Shown: positions 36,006 to 46,297, counted from the stretch's first letter. The stretch is 64,000 nucleotides of DNA from Candidatus Nomurabacteria bacterium (GCA_023267275.1 JAHFNO010000005.1:9462-73461), one strand, 5' to 3'. Made by a program: numbers and translations. The notes: generated by a model from the sequence alone, not told the origin.

Positions 36006-36431
36006 ATGGCAAAGAAAATAACCAAAAAAGTAAAGGTGCAAATTCCCGCAGGGAAGGCGACACCAGCTCCACCACTTGGACCCGCACTCGGTCAGGCTGG
36101 AGTAAACATCGGAGATTTCGTAACAAAATTCAACGCAGCAACTTCTAAGATGATGGGTGACACCGTTGGTGTTATCATCACTGTCTACGAAGATCGCAGT
36201 TATGATTTTGTTATCAAAACTCCTCCAGTAGCCGGACTTCTCTTTAAAGCTGCAGGTATTTCGAAAGGATCAGGGAAGCCAAACACTTCAAAAGCTGGTT
36301 CAATCACAAAAGCTCAGCTCAAAGAAATTGCAGAAAAGAAACTCCCAGATCTCAATGCGAAAGACATTGAAGGTGCGATGAAAATCGTTGCCGGAAGTGC
36401 TCGACAAGCAGGAATTGAAATCAAAGGCTAG
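36006..36431 (+). CDS. rplK: 50S ribosomal protein L11
   Basis: [46 protein letters not shown]...[11 protein letters not shown] is unmistakable L11. Followed by the terminator aaaagccacc-atta-ggtggctttt. Confidence 0.95.
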   Translation: MAKKITKKVKVQIPAGKATPAPPLGPALGQAGVNIGDFVTKFNAATSKMMGDTVGVIITVYEDRSYDFVIKTPPVAGLLFKAAGISKGSGKPNTSKAGSITKAQLKEIAEKKLPDLNAKDIEGAMKIVAGSARQAGIEIKG

Positions 36432-36526
36432 GGTCTCAAAACGCAAATCTTGTATCTCGAATCTCAAACACAAAAGCCACCTAATGGTGGCTTTTGTGTT
36501 GGTAATAAAAAAGGACAACCAATCGG

Positions 36527-36850
36527 TCATCCTGGAAAAATGATGTGCACTGAGTTGTAAAAAGGATTTGGGCAAAGCTGTATAGTTGTTGAAGAAACAA
36601 ATTGATTTCTGACATCGAAGACTGGTATCTGAATAAAAAAATCATGCAGATATTCATTGAATTCAGTCTTAGAATTTAAGCTTCCAGTTTCTGTCCAATT
36701 TTCAGCAAAAAGCGATTCCGGTATACATGAAAGATTGCATTTGTGTTCGCTGTCATATCTTTCCGCAACAAGATTTCCTGCTTTTAATTCATCTATATCA
36801 TGCCACTCCAAAAGTAATTTTAGTACTTTGTTATCAGATGCTATTTTCAT
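36527..36850 (-). CDS. Hypothetical protein
   Basis: 107-aa ORF with an ATG start and no recognised domain. Confidence 0.35.
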   Translation of the reverse strand: MKIASDNKVLKLLLEWHDIDELKAGNLVAERYDSEHKCNLSCIPESLFAENWTETGSLNSKTEFNEYLHDFFIQIPVFDVRNQFVSSTTIQLCPNPFYNSVHIIFPG

Positions 36851-37213
36851 AAGAGGTATTTTTGCTTATTATGCGTTTTAACGAACAAAAGTCAATAAAT
36901 CTCTCGAAAGAGTGGTTTTTTGTTTGTTTCGGTGTAGTATGGAAATGAATATCTGGGTTACGCCATATCCTTGGTTCTCACAAGGGGAGTTAATTCTTGG
37001 GGATGCTGAAAGTTCCTTTTTTGTATCGGTTAAAACTCAAAAAGGTTTTTGTCTAAGGAGCCCGTTAGACGATTTTGTAAAAAAGACGCTTTTTAACTGT
37101 TCGCTTTTTTATTTAGGGTACTGAACTCTATTTCTTTTTAGCGTCACCGTGCTAAATTACAAAAGAAAAATGAGTGAAGCAGATATTTAACAGTCACAAT
37201 TTGTGACTGTTTT

Positions 37214-37750
37214 TTAAAATGAATTCTTCCACATCATTGATTCTTTTGGAAGCGCTTCTTGCTGGCTGTATTTTGCGTTTACTTTTTTGCTGTATACACG
37301 TTCCACTTCACCTTCTACTTTGTAGTAGATGAGTTGTCCTACTGGCATGCCGGCATAAATGCGAACGGGGATAGTGCATGAGAGTTCGAGTGTCCAGAAT
37401 CCGCAGAATCCAACGTCACCTTTTCCAGCAGTGGCATGAATATCGATACCAAGACGTCCGGTAGAAGATTTTCCTTCAAGAAAGGGAACATGCTTGTGTG
37501 TTTCTGTGTATTCGAGTGTTGAACCGAGGTAGAGCTGTCCTGGCTGAAGTACGTAGCCTTCTTCAGGGATTTCGAAGTGACGGATTTGGTTGTGCTTCTT
37601 TGCATCAATCATTCCATCGGTATATTGAGCGAGGTGTTTTGAGATATGCACGTCGTACGAATTGCCGCCCATATTTTTAGGGTCAAAAGGAGTAATAACG
37701 ATTTCGCTCTTTTCGATGCATTCGAGAATTTTTGTGTCAGATAAAATCAT
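37214..37750 (-). CDS. dcd: dCTP deaminase
   Basis: MILSD.KI...I....I.I.PFD......G.SYDV.I...F; SSTGRLGI, ATAGKGDVGFCGFWTLE; overall Dcd/dUTPase fold signature. Confidence 0.9.
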   Translation of the reverse strand: MILSDTKILECIEKSEIVITPFDPKNMGGNSYDVHISKHLAQYTDGMIDAKKHNQIRHFEIPEEGYVLQPGQLYLGSTLEYTETHKHVPFLEGKSSTGRLGIDIHATAGKGDVGFCGFWTLELSCTIPVRIYAGMPVGQLIYYKVEGEVERVYSKKVNAKYSQQEALPKESMMWKNSF

Positions 37751-37832
37751 ATAATTTGGTTGTGCTGAAAGTTTCGCATATTCAATGCGTTTGTCAATTT
37801 TTTTGATGGTGAAAAAGTAATTATATATTTTC

Positions 37833-37866
37833 CAAGCATTCTTGTCCGTACGGACAAGAATGCTTG
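37833..37866. repeat. 34-bp perfect palindrome, copy 1, flanking the wHTH/Cas2-like gene
   Basis: caagcattcttgtccg-tac-ggacaagaatgcttg. A near-identical copy at 38386-38419. Confidence 0.65.
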
Positions 37867-37885
37867 ATGAAATGTGTATTTCAAG

Positions 37886-38410
37886 CTAAACAGAAGTAAA
37901 AAATTTTACAGAATCCTTTATTCCAAGCTTTTGAATGCGACTGAGGCATTCTTTTGGGAGTGGTCCGGGTCCTTTCCAGAGACTTCGCTGGAGCATTGTA
38001 TAGCCAAAGATTTTTAATTGATTCCGTAACCATCTGCGTGCATGTCGTTTTGTTTCTGGAATATCAAATGAGACAATTATATTTTTTGGACTTTCTTTTG
38101 TAAAAGGTGAAGAAATATATTCAAGAGGTGAGTATGGTTTTTTGTAGATTTTTCCTTTTTCTGTCAGAAACCACCCTTTGTTATTTTGGTTAATTAATTG
38201 TTTCTTTTTTAATCTGCTTAATTCTGCATATACACTTCCAGTTTTATATCTTTTAATTCTTTTTTCTCGAAGTATTCTATGAAAAACTCGAGTACTTCGA
38301 GCGCTACTAAGAAATGCAATTATATAATCACCGAGAGTGTTTCCGTCTTCCATGTATATAGTATATATCTGTACATTCCTATTCTCAAGCAATTTTGTCC
38401 ATACGGACAA
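37886..38410 (-). CDS. wHTH plus Cas2-like (ferredoxin-fold) domain protein; PaaX-like regulator architecture
   Basis: N-terminal winged helix (RVFHRILREKRIKRYKTGSVYAELSRLKKKQLI...NKGWFLTEKGK). C-terminal IIVSFDIPETKRHARRWLRNQLKIFGYTMLQRSLWKGP parallels Cas2 (VSYDV..RRLRKV.K..GQRVQNSVFEC). Confidence 0.5.
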   Translation of the reverse strand: MSVWTKLLENRNVQIYTIYMEDGNTLGDYIIAFLSSARSTRVFHRILREKRIKRYKTGSVYAELSRLKKKQLINQNNKGWFLTEKGKIYKKPYSPLEYISSPFTKESPKNIIVSFDIPETKRHARRWLRNQLKIFGYTMLQRSLWKGPGPLPKECLSRIQKLGIKDSVKFFTSV

Positions 38411-38419
38411 GATTGCTTG
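38386..38419. repeat. 34-bp near-perfect palindrome, copy 2, overlapping the start codon of the wHTH/Cas2-like gene
   Basis: caagcaattttgtcc-atac-ggacaagattgcttg, one arm mismatch. Confidence 0.65.
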
Positions 38420-38445
38420 AAAGGTATTAATACAAGATATCTATA

Positions 38446-38862
38446 TTATCCACGAAAATGGTTAATCGCTTGTTGTGACATTTTGGCGATGGGCGAGGGG
38501 AGGTTTGCAAAAGTAAACCAACCAATCTCTGCGCATTTTTCCGGTTCTTGAATTGTTGGTGTGCCAGAAATTATTTTTAAATAAAAAATATTGGTCAGCC
38601 AGTGCTGTTTTTCTTGCGGAACAATATAATCGTATGAAGGAAGTTGTTTTACAATACTCGTTTCAATTCTGAGCTCTTCATGGATTTCTCGCACCACAGT
38701 AGTTTCAAGTGTCTCGCCAAAATCAACCTTGCCTCCGGGAAGAGCCCAAGCACCAGGCTCAGTGGAAACATGTGCTCCGCGCTTCATCATCAAAAATTCA
38801 TTCTTCTCGTTGAAGATGAATGCACCAACACCTACACCAATATAATCTATGCCTGGTTTCAT
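38446..38862 (-). CDS. NUDIX hydrolase (MutT-like)
   Basis: Nudix box GGKVDFGETLETTVVREIHEELRI. Confidence 0.8.
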   Translation of the reverse strand: MKPGIDYIGVGVGAFIFNEKNEFLMMKRGAHVSTEPGAWALPGGKVDFGETLETTVVREIHEELRIETSIVKQLPSYDYIVPQEKQHWLTNIFYLKIISGTPTIQEPEKCAEIGWFTFANLPSPIAKMSQQAINHFRG

Positions 38863-39371
38863 TTTGTATATGTAATAAACGAATACGCGTACTGATTTTT
38901 TTCATCAGCTACATGGTTTTCTTTTGATTTCTCTTTCCAGCTCGATTCTATTTCCGGGAAAAAAGTATCAGCGGGAAGTGTTGCGTGTACTTGAGTGATA
39001 TAGAGTTTGCTTGCTCGGGAAATACTTTCTTTGTAAAGTTCGCCACCACCAATAATAAAGACCTCTGTTTCTTCTTGTTTTTCTTCAAAATGTTTTCCCT
39101 GCTCAAGTGCGGCAAGACGAAGTGCTTCATCAAGTGAATGTACAATAGCAACGCCAGGAGTGAAGTAATTTTTGTCGCGCGTTATCACAATATTTTCTCG
39201 GTCGGGGAGTGGTTTGCCGATAGATTCAAATGTTTTACGCCCCATGATAACAGTGTGTCCGCGAGTGATATCACGAAAATGCTTCATGTCGGCTGGAAGT
39301 TGCCAAAGAAGTTGATTGTCTTTGCCGAGTTCATTTTTTTCACCAATAGCTGCGATGAGCGAGATAATCAT
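38859..39371 (-). CDS. folA: Dihydrofolate reductase
   Basis: MIISLIAAIGEKNELGKDNQLLWQLPADMKHFRDITRGHTVIMGRKTFESIG and GGGELY; adjacent to thyA. Confidence 0.85.
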   Translation of the reverse strand: MIISLIAAIGEKNELGKDNQLLWQLPADMKHFRDITRGHTVIMGRKTFESIGKPLPDRENIVITRDKNYFTPGVAIVHSLDEALRLAALEQGKHFEEKQEETEVFIIGGGELYKESISRASKLYITQVHATLPADTFFPEIESSWKEKSKENHVADEKNQYAYSFITYTK

Positions 39372-39440
39372 AGGTGTACTATAGCAAAATTGGTTAAATA
39401 AAAAATACTGCGACAACACAGAGTGTTGTCGCTTCGCTGT

Positions 39441-40406
39441 TTATACTGCGATAGGTGCCTTGATTGCAGGATGTGGATCATAGCCAATCAATTCAAAATC
39501 TTCAATAGTGAAATCCTCCACATTTTTCTTTTCCGGATTCATTTTGAGTGTTGGAAGTGGGCGAATTTCATTGCGTCGCGCGAGCTGTGTTTTTGCTTGC
39601 TCAAGATGATTGAGATATAAATGCACATCACCTCCGGTCCACACAAATTCTCCAACGGCGAGTCCACAAACTTGCGCGATGATGTGTACGAGGAGGGCAT
39701 ATGAGGCAATGTTGAATGGCACACCAAGAAATGTGTCGCAACTGCGCTGATACAACTGGCAGGAAAGTTTTCCATCGGCGACATAGAATTGGAAGAGACA
39801 GTGACATGGAGGAAGCCCTGCCTTTGCCATTTCTGCAATATCGCCCACGTTCCAAGCAGAGACAATCATTCGACGTGAGTCTGGCGTCTTTTTAATTTGC
39901 TCAATAACTTCGGCAAGTTGATCAATATGTCGTCCGCCTTCAGCTGGCCATGAACGCCATTGATATCCATAGATGGGTCCAAGGTTTCCATACTCTTTTG
40001 CAAACGCTTCATCTGTTTTTATTTTTTCAATAAATTCTGCGAGACCTTTTGACCATTCCTCGCTGTCACTTTTTGGTACAGGAATGTTGTTTCGTGTTAA
40101 ATATGCTTTGTATGGCCATTCATCCCAAATGTGTACGTTGTTGTCGGCAAGATATTTTAGATTTGTATCGCCACGAAGAAACCAAAGCAATTCATGGACG
40201 ATCGCTTTGAAGGGAACTTTCTTTGTAGTGAGAAGAGGAAAGCCGTCTTGTAAATTGAAACGCATTTGATAGCCCAGAACACTTTTTGTGCCGGTACCAG
40301 TACGATCGGTTTTTACATTTCCATTTTGTAATAAGTGCTCGAGCAGGTCGAGGTATGATTCGTCAACATGTTTTCCTAACATGTTATCAGTATACTCGTT
40401 TTGCAT
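39441..40406 (-). CDS. thyA: Thymidylate synthase ThyA
   Basis: [42 protein letters not shown]: the full ThyA signature including the active-site Cys. Confidence 0.95.
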   Translation of the reverse strand: MQNEYTDNMLGKHVDESYLDLLEHLLQNGNVKTDRTGTGTKSVLGYQMRFNLQDGFPLLTTKKVPFKAIVHELLWFLRGDTNLKYLADNNVHIWDEWPYKAYLTRNNIPVPKSDSEEWSKGLAEFIEKIKTDEAFAKEYGNLGPIYGYQWRSWPAEGGRHIDQLAEVIEQIKKTPDSRRMIVSAWNVGDIAEMAKAGLPPCHCLFQFYVADGKLSCQLYQRSCDTFLGVPFNIASYALLVHIIAQVCGLAVGEFVWTGGDVHLYLNHLEQAKTQLARRNEIRPLPTLKMNPEKKNVEDFTIEDFELIGYDPHPAIKAPIAV

Positions 40407-40640
40407 AATTTTTAATATTAAATTGGTTAAGAATGATATTTCTGTTACAGATTACCTTTTAACAGAGCGTTTGCAAAGTAAAATGGGGATTTGACATATC
40501 ATTATAAAAGTGCTATTCTTATGGCATCATTCTCACTAAGGACTAAACGAAGTTCTATTTTAATTTTAAGGGAGTGACGATTGTGGAATTCGCCTAGACT
40601 ACTTTGTCGTTGGTTGATCCATGACACACAAGTAATCTAT

Positions 40641-42059
40641 ATGCACACAGGTCATTCTGCGCGTCCCCAGGGCGCGAAACCTGCCCGTACGGGTGGGCGC
40701 TCATTCGGTTCATCACCAGTATCACGTTCTGGCTCAGGCTTTCGTTATACCGGTCCATCACATTCTGCTCCTCGTCCTGCGAGTAGTGGTTCTTCTGCAA
40801 AGCCAGCATTTAAATCTGGTGGTTTTCGTGGACCCGCTCCAGTAGGAGGCTCACGTTTCGGTGGAGCAAAAAAGGGTAGTGGTTTCGGAGGAGGTCGTCG
40901 TAGTACAAGCTTTGCTCGCAATCGCTCTGGTGGTGGCGGTGGAGGCAATCGCTTCGCGCAACGCATCGACTTTGCCAAGTTTGTAAAAAAAGCAGAGAAA
41001 GTCGAAGAAAAGAAATATATTCCAAAGCATGCATTTGCTGATTTTCCATTTGGCGAACAGCTTCAAAAAAATATTGCAAAGAAAGGATTTATATATCCAA
41101 CACCAATTCAAGATCAATCAATCATGACTGTGCTCGAAGGTCGTGACTTCTTCGGACTTGCAAACACTGGTACTGGAAAAACAGGCGCCTTTATTCTTCC
41201 GCTCATCGATCGTGTGAGTCGTGATAAAACACAAAAGGTTCTTATCCTTGCTCCTACACGCGAACTCGCTCAGCAAATTCAAGAAGAGTTCCGTACACTC
41301 TCTGGTTGGTTGCAGATTTTCTCCGCATCAGTTGTGGGAGGAATGCCAGTACATCGCCAGATTTCTGAAATCAAACGCGGAGTACATTTTGTTATCGGAA
41401 CTCCAGGACGTGTTACAGATCTTATTAAACAGAAAGTACTTGATCTCTCAACATACAGCACTGTTGTACTCGATGAGGCAGACCGAATGCTTGATATGGG
41501 ATTCCGTGATGATATGACATTTATCTTGGGTAAATGTTCAGCCAAGCGCCAAACACTTTTCTTCTCCGCAACGCTTTCACCTGAAATCAAAAAGATGACA
41601 GAAATGTATTTGAAGAATCCACTCTTTGTTTCTGTGGTAACAGGAAACACATCAAAGAATGTTGACCAGGATGTTATTCGTGCAAACAAAGATGACAAAC
41701 TCGACAAGCTTCATGATGTGCTTATCAAGGAAGGTTCAAACAAAGTGCTCATCTTCCGCGAAACAAAGCGCAGTGTGGACCAGCTCGAAACTGAACTCAA
41801 AACTCGTGGATTTAAAGTAGGTGCGATTCATGGAGACAAGCGTAACCGTGAACGCATGCGCACACTTGATGCATTTAAAATGAATCAAATCAGTATTCTT
41901 ATTGCGACCGACGTAGCTGCTCGTGGACTCGACATTCCAAATGTTACTCACGTAATCAACTACGATATTCCAAATGATTACGATACATATGTGCACCGCA
42001 TCGGCCGAACAGGAAGAGCAGATAAGAAAGGTATAGCTTTGACATTCATTCCTGCGTAA
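40641..42059 (+). CDS. DEAD-box ATP-dependent RNA helicase with N-terminal Gly/Arg/Ser-rich low-complexity extension
   Basis: Q-motif PTPIQ, GTGKTGAF (motif I), DEAD, SAT, HRIGRTGR. About 130-aa RGG-like N-terminal region. Confidence 0.9.
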   Translation: MHTGHSARPQGAKPARTGGRSFGSSPVSRSGSGFRYTGPSHSAPRPASSGSSAKPAFKSGGFRGPAPVGGSRFGGAKKGSGFGGGRRSTSFARNRSGGGGGGNRFAQRIDFAKFVKKAEKVEEKKYIPKHAFADFPFGEQLQKNIAKKGFIYPTPIQDQSIMTVLEGRDFFGLANTGTGKTGAFILPLIDRVSRDKTQKVLILAPTRELAQQIQEEFRTLSGWLQIFSASVVGGMPVHRQISEIKRGVHFVIGTPGRVTDLIKQKVLDLSTYSTVVLDEADRMLDMGFRDDMTFILGKCSAKRQTLFFSATLSPEIKKMTEMYLKNPLFVSVVTGNTSKNVDQDVIRANKDDKLDKLHDVLIKEGSNKVLIFRETKRSVDQLETELKTRGFKVGAIHGDKRNRERMRTLDAFKMNQISILIATDVAARGLDIPNVTHVINYDIPNDYDTYVHRIGRTGRADKKGIALTFIPA

Positions 42060-42074
42060 TAAATCTTACATACG

Positions 42075-42170
42075 ACGCATTTCTTTGTTGTTTCGCTCGT
42101 TTGCTCCCGCGGAGTAGGATTACTACACCTTGGTCGCAAGCCTCGCTCGCGCCTCGAACTGCATTCGTCT
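42075..42170 (+). repeat. Copy 3 of the ~90-nt dispersed element
   Basis: gcatttctttgttgtttcgctcgtttgctcccgcggagtaggattactacaccttggtcgcaagcctcgctcgcgcctcgaactgcat. Flanked by the 15-bp direct repeat taataaatcttacat on both sides. Followed by the terminator caccccggcgccc-tttaca-gggcgccggggtg. Confidence 0.65.
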
Positions 42171-42315
42171 GTAAAATTTATTAATAAATCTTACATTTTG
42201 CAAAACACCCCGGCGCCCTTTACAGGGCGCCGGGGTGTTGCATTATATATCTTTCGGGTGTAATATCTAAACAAATTTTTTTCACAACATATATTCACTT
42301 CAAAAGCTTTGATTT

Positions 42316-42843
42316 ATGCAAAGAGTATTTCTTGTACTTACAGGTACATCAGTAAGAAGGATTGCAGCATTACTGAATCCAAAATTGAATGGGATAAAAT
42401 CCATCTTTTCTTCAGACGAAGACATTGCCAGGGAAGGCATAACCGCTAGTGCGACAGCGGATGGCATAATTGATTTTATGCATATAAAACCGTCAGAGTA
42501 TTTAACGACTGCTGATCTTTGTTCTGTCGAAAGCGCAGGAACACTTATTTTAACTTCAGCAACCCCAGAAAACTTTGTAGAAAACCTCATTATTGTTGTT
42601 AATGAAGATTGTCATAAGGCTTTACCTGGGTATCTTCAGGGAATAACAGGTTTTAAAAATCTAAGTGAAGAAAAATGTTTGAGTAATCATCCTGACCACA
42701 TCGTAATAATTGATTTTCACAAGAAAACGATCGACTACCTTGGCGCCGGGAAAAAAGTTGCAGAAAAAAATCCGACAGCCACAATCAACGGCGAAGTCAC
42801 AGCAAACGATATTGTGACAGAGCCGGTGCCGGCAACGTGTTAA
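42316..42843 (+). CDS. Hypothetical protein
   Basis: 175-aa ORF ending before the terminator aaagccgttcc-tatt-ggaacggctttttttatt at 42866-42896. Confidence 0.5.
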   Translation: MQRVFLVLTGTSVRRIAALLNPKLNGIKSIFSSDEDIAREGITASATADGIIDFMHIKPSEYLTTADLCSVESAGTLILTSATPENFVENLIIVVNEDCHKALPGYLQGITGFKNLSEEKCLSNHPDHIVIIDFHKKTIDYLGAGKKVAEKNPTATINGEVTANDIVTEPVPATC

Positions 42844-42923
42844 AAAGAGTGTGTTTTTATATATAAAAGCCGTTCCAATAGGAACGGCTTTTTTTATTAC
42901 CCGCTCGGTGCTAGAATCACGCT

Positions 42924-44225
42924 ATGAATACACATCTCGATAATAAAGTGTTTGATGCGATTGCCGGAGAGGCCAAGCGACAAGCGGAGGGTCTCGAGCT
43001 CATTCCTTCTGAAAATTATGTTTCAAAAAATGTGCTTCTTGCCAATGGTTCTATTCTCACCAATAAATATTCCGAAGGGTATCCAGGTCGTCGTTATTAC
43101 GGCGGGCAAGAATTTACTGACAAAATAGAAACACTCGCCATCGAACGCGTCTGCCAGCTTTTCAATTGTAAATTTGCCAATGTGCAACCACATTCAGGTG
43201 CGCCAGCAAACCTCGCGGTCTACTCAGCACTGCTTGAACCAGGCGATACTATTCTTGGAATGGATCTTTCTCACGGCGGACATCTTACGCACGGTCATCC
43301 AATGACACTCCCAGCAAAGATATACAAATTTGTTACCTACAAAATGAAAGATCCTGAAACAGGGGAGATCGATTATGACAATCTTCGCGCGATGGCACTC
43401 GAACACAAACCGAAAATAATTCTTGCGGGATTTTCTGCATACTCACGATCACTCGATTACAAAAAATTTGTAGAGATTGCAAAGGAAGTGGGTGCAATCA
43501 CTGTCGCCGATATGGCGCACATTGCTGGACTCATTGCGGGCAAAGCATTGCGCAATCCATTCGACGATGGTTTCGATGTGATTACGAGTACTACACACAA
43601 AACACTCCGTGGTCCGCGTGGAGGAATTATTCTTACACGCGAGAGTGAAGAGATTGCAAAGAAAATAGACAAGGCAATTTTCCCAGGAATTCAAGGTGGT
43701 CCACACATGCATACTATCGCAGCAAAAGCTGTGGCATTCGGTGAAGCCATGACACCTGCATATCAAGAATACTGTCAGCAAGTTTTGAAAAATGCGAAAG
43801 CAATGGAAGCAGTTTTTCATCGTGAAAAAATTCGCATGATTGGTGGCGGTACTGACAATCATCTTATTCTCGCCGATGTGTTTGGCTCACTTGGCGTGAC
43901 AGGCAAAGAAGCACAGACCGTGCTTGATGAAGTGGGAATTACACTCAACATGAATTCGATTGCAGGGGACACTCGTAAACCGCTTGATCCGTCAGGAATT
44001 CGTTTTGGCACACCAGCAATCACGACGCGTGGATTTAAGGAGGCAGATTGTGCTCGCGTTGCCGAATTGCTCATTGAAACTTTGCGCAATAAAGCTAATT
44101 CGCTGAAAGCGAACGCTCGACCCGACGAGGACGGGTTTAGAGATGACGAAGCAAAGAAAAAAATAATCAAAGCAGAAATTCAAGCACTCGCAGAACAATT
44201 TCCAATACCAGAGAGTTTTGTATAA
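42924..44225 (+). CDS. glyA: Serine hydroxymethyltransferase
   Basis: LIPSENY, GYPGRRYYGG, PLP-lysine motif TTHKTLRGPRGG. Confidence 0.95.
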   Translation: MNTHLDNKVFDAIAGEAKRQAEGLELIPSENYVSKNVLLANGSILTNKYSEGYPGRRYYGGQEFTDKIETLAIERVCQLFNCKFANVQPHSGAPANLAVYSALLEPGDTILGMDLSHGGHLTHGHPMTLPAKIYKFVTYKMKDPETGEIDYDNLRAMALEHKPKIILAGFSAYSRSLDYKKFVEIAKEVGAITVADMAHIAGLIAGKALRNPFDDGFDVITSTTHKTLRGPRGGIILTRESEEIAKKIDKAIFPGIQGGPHMHTIAAKAVAFGEAMTPAYQEYCQQVLKNAKAMEAVFHREKIRMIGGGTDNHLILADVFGSLGVTGKEAQTVLDEVGITLNMNSIAGDTRKPLDPSGIRFGTPAITTRGFKEADCARVAELLIETLRNKANSLKANARPDEDGFRDDEAKKKIIKAEIQALAEQFPIPESFV

Positions 44226-44240
44226 TTAATTTATAAAAAT

Positions 44241-44525
44241 ATGGAAAACCAAGAAAAAACATATCAGTCAAACCTAAAAGAAAAATATGCTTCGAAATTG
44301 GACTCAAATTCGTTTATTAGGGTAGGAGATTTTGCGAATCAGGAATTGGGGAGACAGGCAAAAAATATCGCGAGTTTGCTTGATGGAGAAGAAGGAATGT
44401 CTCCGGATTATAATTTTGGCGAAGGTTTGAGATATACGGGTAAGTCCGGCAACTATACTGATATGAAAATCCATATTGATGATCTTCCAGAATTTATTGC
44501 TCGGGTAAAAAAGCATTATTATTGA
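44241..44525 (+). CDS. Hypothetical protein
   Basis: 94-aa ORF translationally coupled to glyA. No domain recognised. Confidence 0.45.
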   Translation: MENQEKTYQSNLKEKYASKLDSNSFIRVGDFANQELGRQAKNIASLLDGEEGMSPDYNFGEGLRYTGKSGNYTDMKIHIDDLPEFIARVKKHYY

Positions 44526-44572
44526 GAATAAACTCTTGACATAGGTGATACACTTTTGATACACTCAAATAT

Positions 44573-44794
44573 ATGGCTACAATAAAAAAACGTATCAATA
44601 TAACACTTTCAGCAGATATGGAAACGGCTATTACCCAGATAGCCAAACGTGATCGAGTACCTGAGGCGACCAAAGCCGCTGAACTTATTGAAAAGGCACT
44701 GATGATTGAGGAAGATGTAATTTGGGATCGTCTCGCCGAAGCTCGGCTTAAAAATACAAAGAAATGGCTTACCCATAAGCAAGTATGGGGATAA
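44573..44794 (+). CDS. Type II antitoxin, ribbon-helix-helix (RelB/ParD-like)
   Basis: RINITLSADMETAITQIAKRD RHH N-terminus. 3-bp gap to the downstream RelE/ParE toxin. Confidence 0.6.
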   Translation: MATIKKRINITLSADMETAITQIAKRDRVPEATKAAELIEKALMIEEDVIWDRLAEARLKNTKKWLTHKQVWG

Positions 44795-44797
44795 TAT

Positions 44798-45067
44798 ATG
44801 TTTCGGATACAATATCATGACAAAATTCCGAATGATGTATCTCGACTCAGGACTATCGAGCGTAAAAGAGCGCAACGAGCTATTGAAGAAAAACTCATGA
44901 TTGATCCGGTTATGTTTAGTAAGCCTCTTTCGAGTTCACTTCGAGGTTTTCGAAGTCATAGGATTGGAGATCATAGAATTGTATTTTTGATACGAAAAAA
45001 AGAAATTTTTATCGTAATAATTGCACACCACTCTATTGTGTATTCGCTTGCTGAAAAAAGAATATAA
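44798..45067 (+). CDS. RelE/ParE-family type II toxin
   Basis: IGDHRIVFLIRKKEIFIVIIAHHSIVY matches the RelE/ParE C-terminal core (IGDYRIIY..D...V.I..IGHRK.IY). Confidence 0.7.
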   Translation: MFRIQYHDKIPNDVSRLRTIERKRAQRAIEEKLMIDPVMFSKPLSSSLRGFRSHRIGDHRIVFLIRKKEIFIVIIAHHSIVYSLAEKRI

Positions 45068-45070
45068 ACC

Positions 45071-45451
45071 ATGAAAATATTTTTCTCACACAGAATGTTA
45101 CGGAACGAACAATCTACTCACCTATATGAGGAGATTGTTTCGCTGCTTGCTGAATATGGCGAAGTGTTGACTGAAACAACGAATGAAGGAATTGAACTAG
45201 GATACATATATGAACGCGATACCGACTGGGTGCGTGAGGCAGATGTTGTGGTTGCTGAAGTAACTACTCCAAGCCTTGGGGTAGGGTACGAGATTGGGCT
45301 TGCCGAATCACTCGAAAAGCGCATTCTCTGCATTTATCGAGAACAGGAAGACCGACAGCTTTCGGCAATGATTGCAGGCAATCGACATCTTTCTATTGCT
45401 GAATACGAATCGGTGGACGATATCGAGGCAATATTCAAGGATTTCTTTTAA
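45071..45451 (+). CDS. Nucleoside 2-deoxyribosyltransferase-like (PF05014-like) protein
   Basis: ADVVVAEVTTPSLGVGYEIGLAESLEKRIL resembles the d.GTafEiGyA.a.gKPv core of the family. Confidence 0.5.
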   Translation: MKIFFSHRMLRNEQSTHLYEEIVSLLAEYGEVLTETTNEGIELGYIYERDTDWVREADVVVAEVTTPSLGVGYEIGLAESLEKRILCIYREQEDRQLSAMIAGNRHLSIAEYESVDDIEAIFKDFF

Positions 45452-45464
45452 TCCTTTTTCTTTT

Positions 45465-45580
45465 TTGGGTCATCCTGAATTTATTTCAGGATCTACTTTT
45501 TTGTATTAGTTTTTCGTGGATTCCGGATCATGCTCCAAGAGTCATTCTGCTGAATGAAGTTCGGAATGACAATACGGGGA
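45465..45580. repeat. REP-like hairpin cluster
   Basis: gggtcatcctgaa-tttat-ttcaggatc, then ggattccggatc and gtcattctgctgaatgaagttcggaatgac. Confidence 0.55.
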
Positions 45581-45601
45581 ATAACATGCTAAAGTGACAG
45601 A

Positions 45602-46297
45602 ATGAAATCAAAAGGAAAACTCATCGTTGTCGATGGTACCGACGGCTCAGGAAAGGCGACGCAGGTAGCTCTACTTGCAAGTCGCTTGAAAAAAGAAGGA
45701 CACACGGTAAAGACCGTGGATTTTCCTGAATACGAACGCAATTTTTTCGGCAAATTTATTGGCGAGTGTCTTACCGACGAGAAATATAATTTTAAAGATA
45801 CCCATCCAAAAATTATTTCCGCACTCTATGCCGCTGATCGATGGGAATCAAAACAAGAAATAAGTGATTGGCTTGAAAAAGGATATATCGTCATTGCCAA
45901 TCGATATGTTTCCGCAAATCAGATTCACCAAGGCGGAAAAGTTCATTCGGAAAAAGAACGAAAAGATTTTCTTTCTTGGCTCGACACAATGGAATATTCC
46001 GTATTCAAGATTCCTCGACCGAGTGTGGTGATATATCTCAGTCTTCCAATCTCAATTGTGAACAAACTCATCGCCGTACGCGATAGTAAACAAGACCGTG
46101 CATACAAAGGAAAGAAGAAAGATGTGCACGAGAGCGATCCGAAGCATCTCGAAGATGCACGCAAGAGTGCGCTCAAACTTGTGAAAGAATTGAACAACTT
46201 TGTACAGATAGATTGTGCTCCAAAGAAAGAAATGCTTTCGCGTGAAGAAATTCACGAACACGTTTATTCTGCAGTTAAGAAAATTGTAAAAAAATGA
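45602..46297 (+). CDS. tmk: Thymidylate kinase
   Basis: KLIVVDGTDGSGKATQ P-loop, DRY-like ANRYVSANQIHQ. Confidence 0.85.
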   Translation: MKSKGKLIVVDGTDGSGKATQVALLASRLKKEGHTVKTVDFPEYERNFFGKFIGECLTDEKYNFKDTHPKIISALYAADRWESKQEISDWLEKGYIVIANRYVSANQIHQGGKVHSEKERKDFLSWLDTMEYSVFKIPRPSVVIYLSLPISIVNKLIAVRDSKQDRAYKGKKKDVHESDPKHLEDARKSALKLVKELNNFVQIDCAPKKEMLSREEIHEHVYSAVKKIVKK

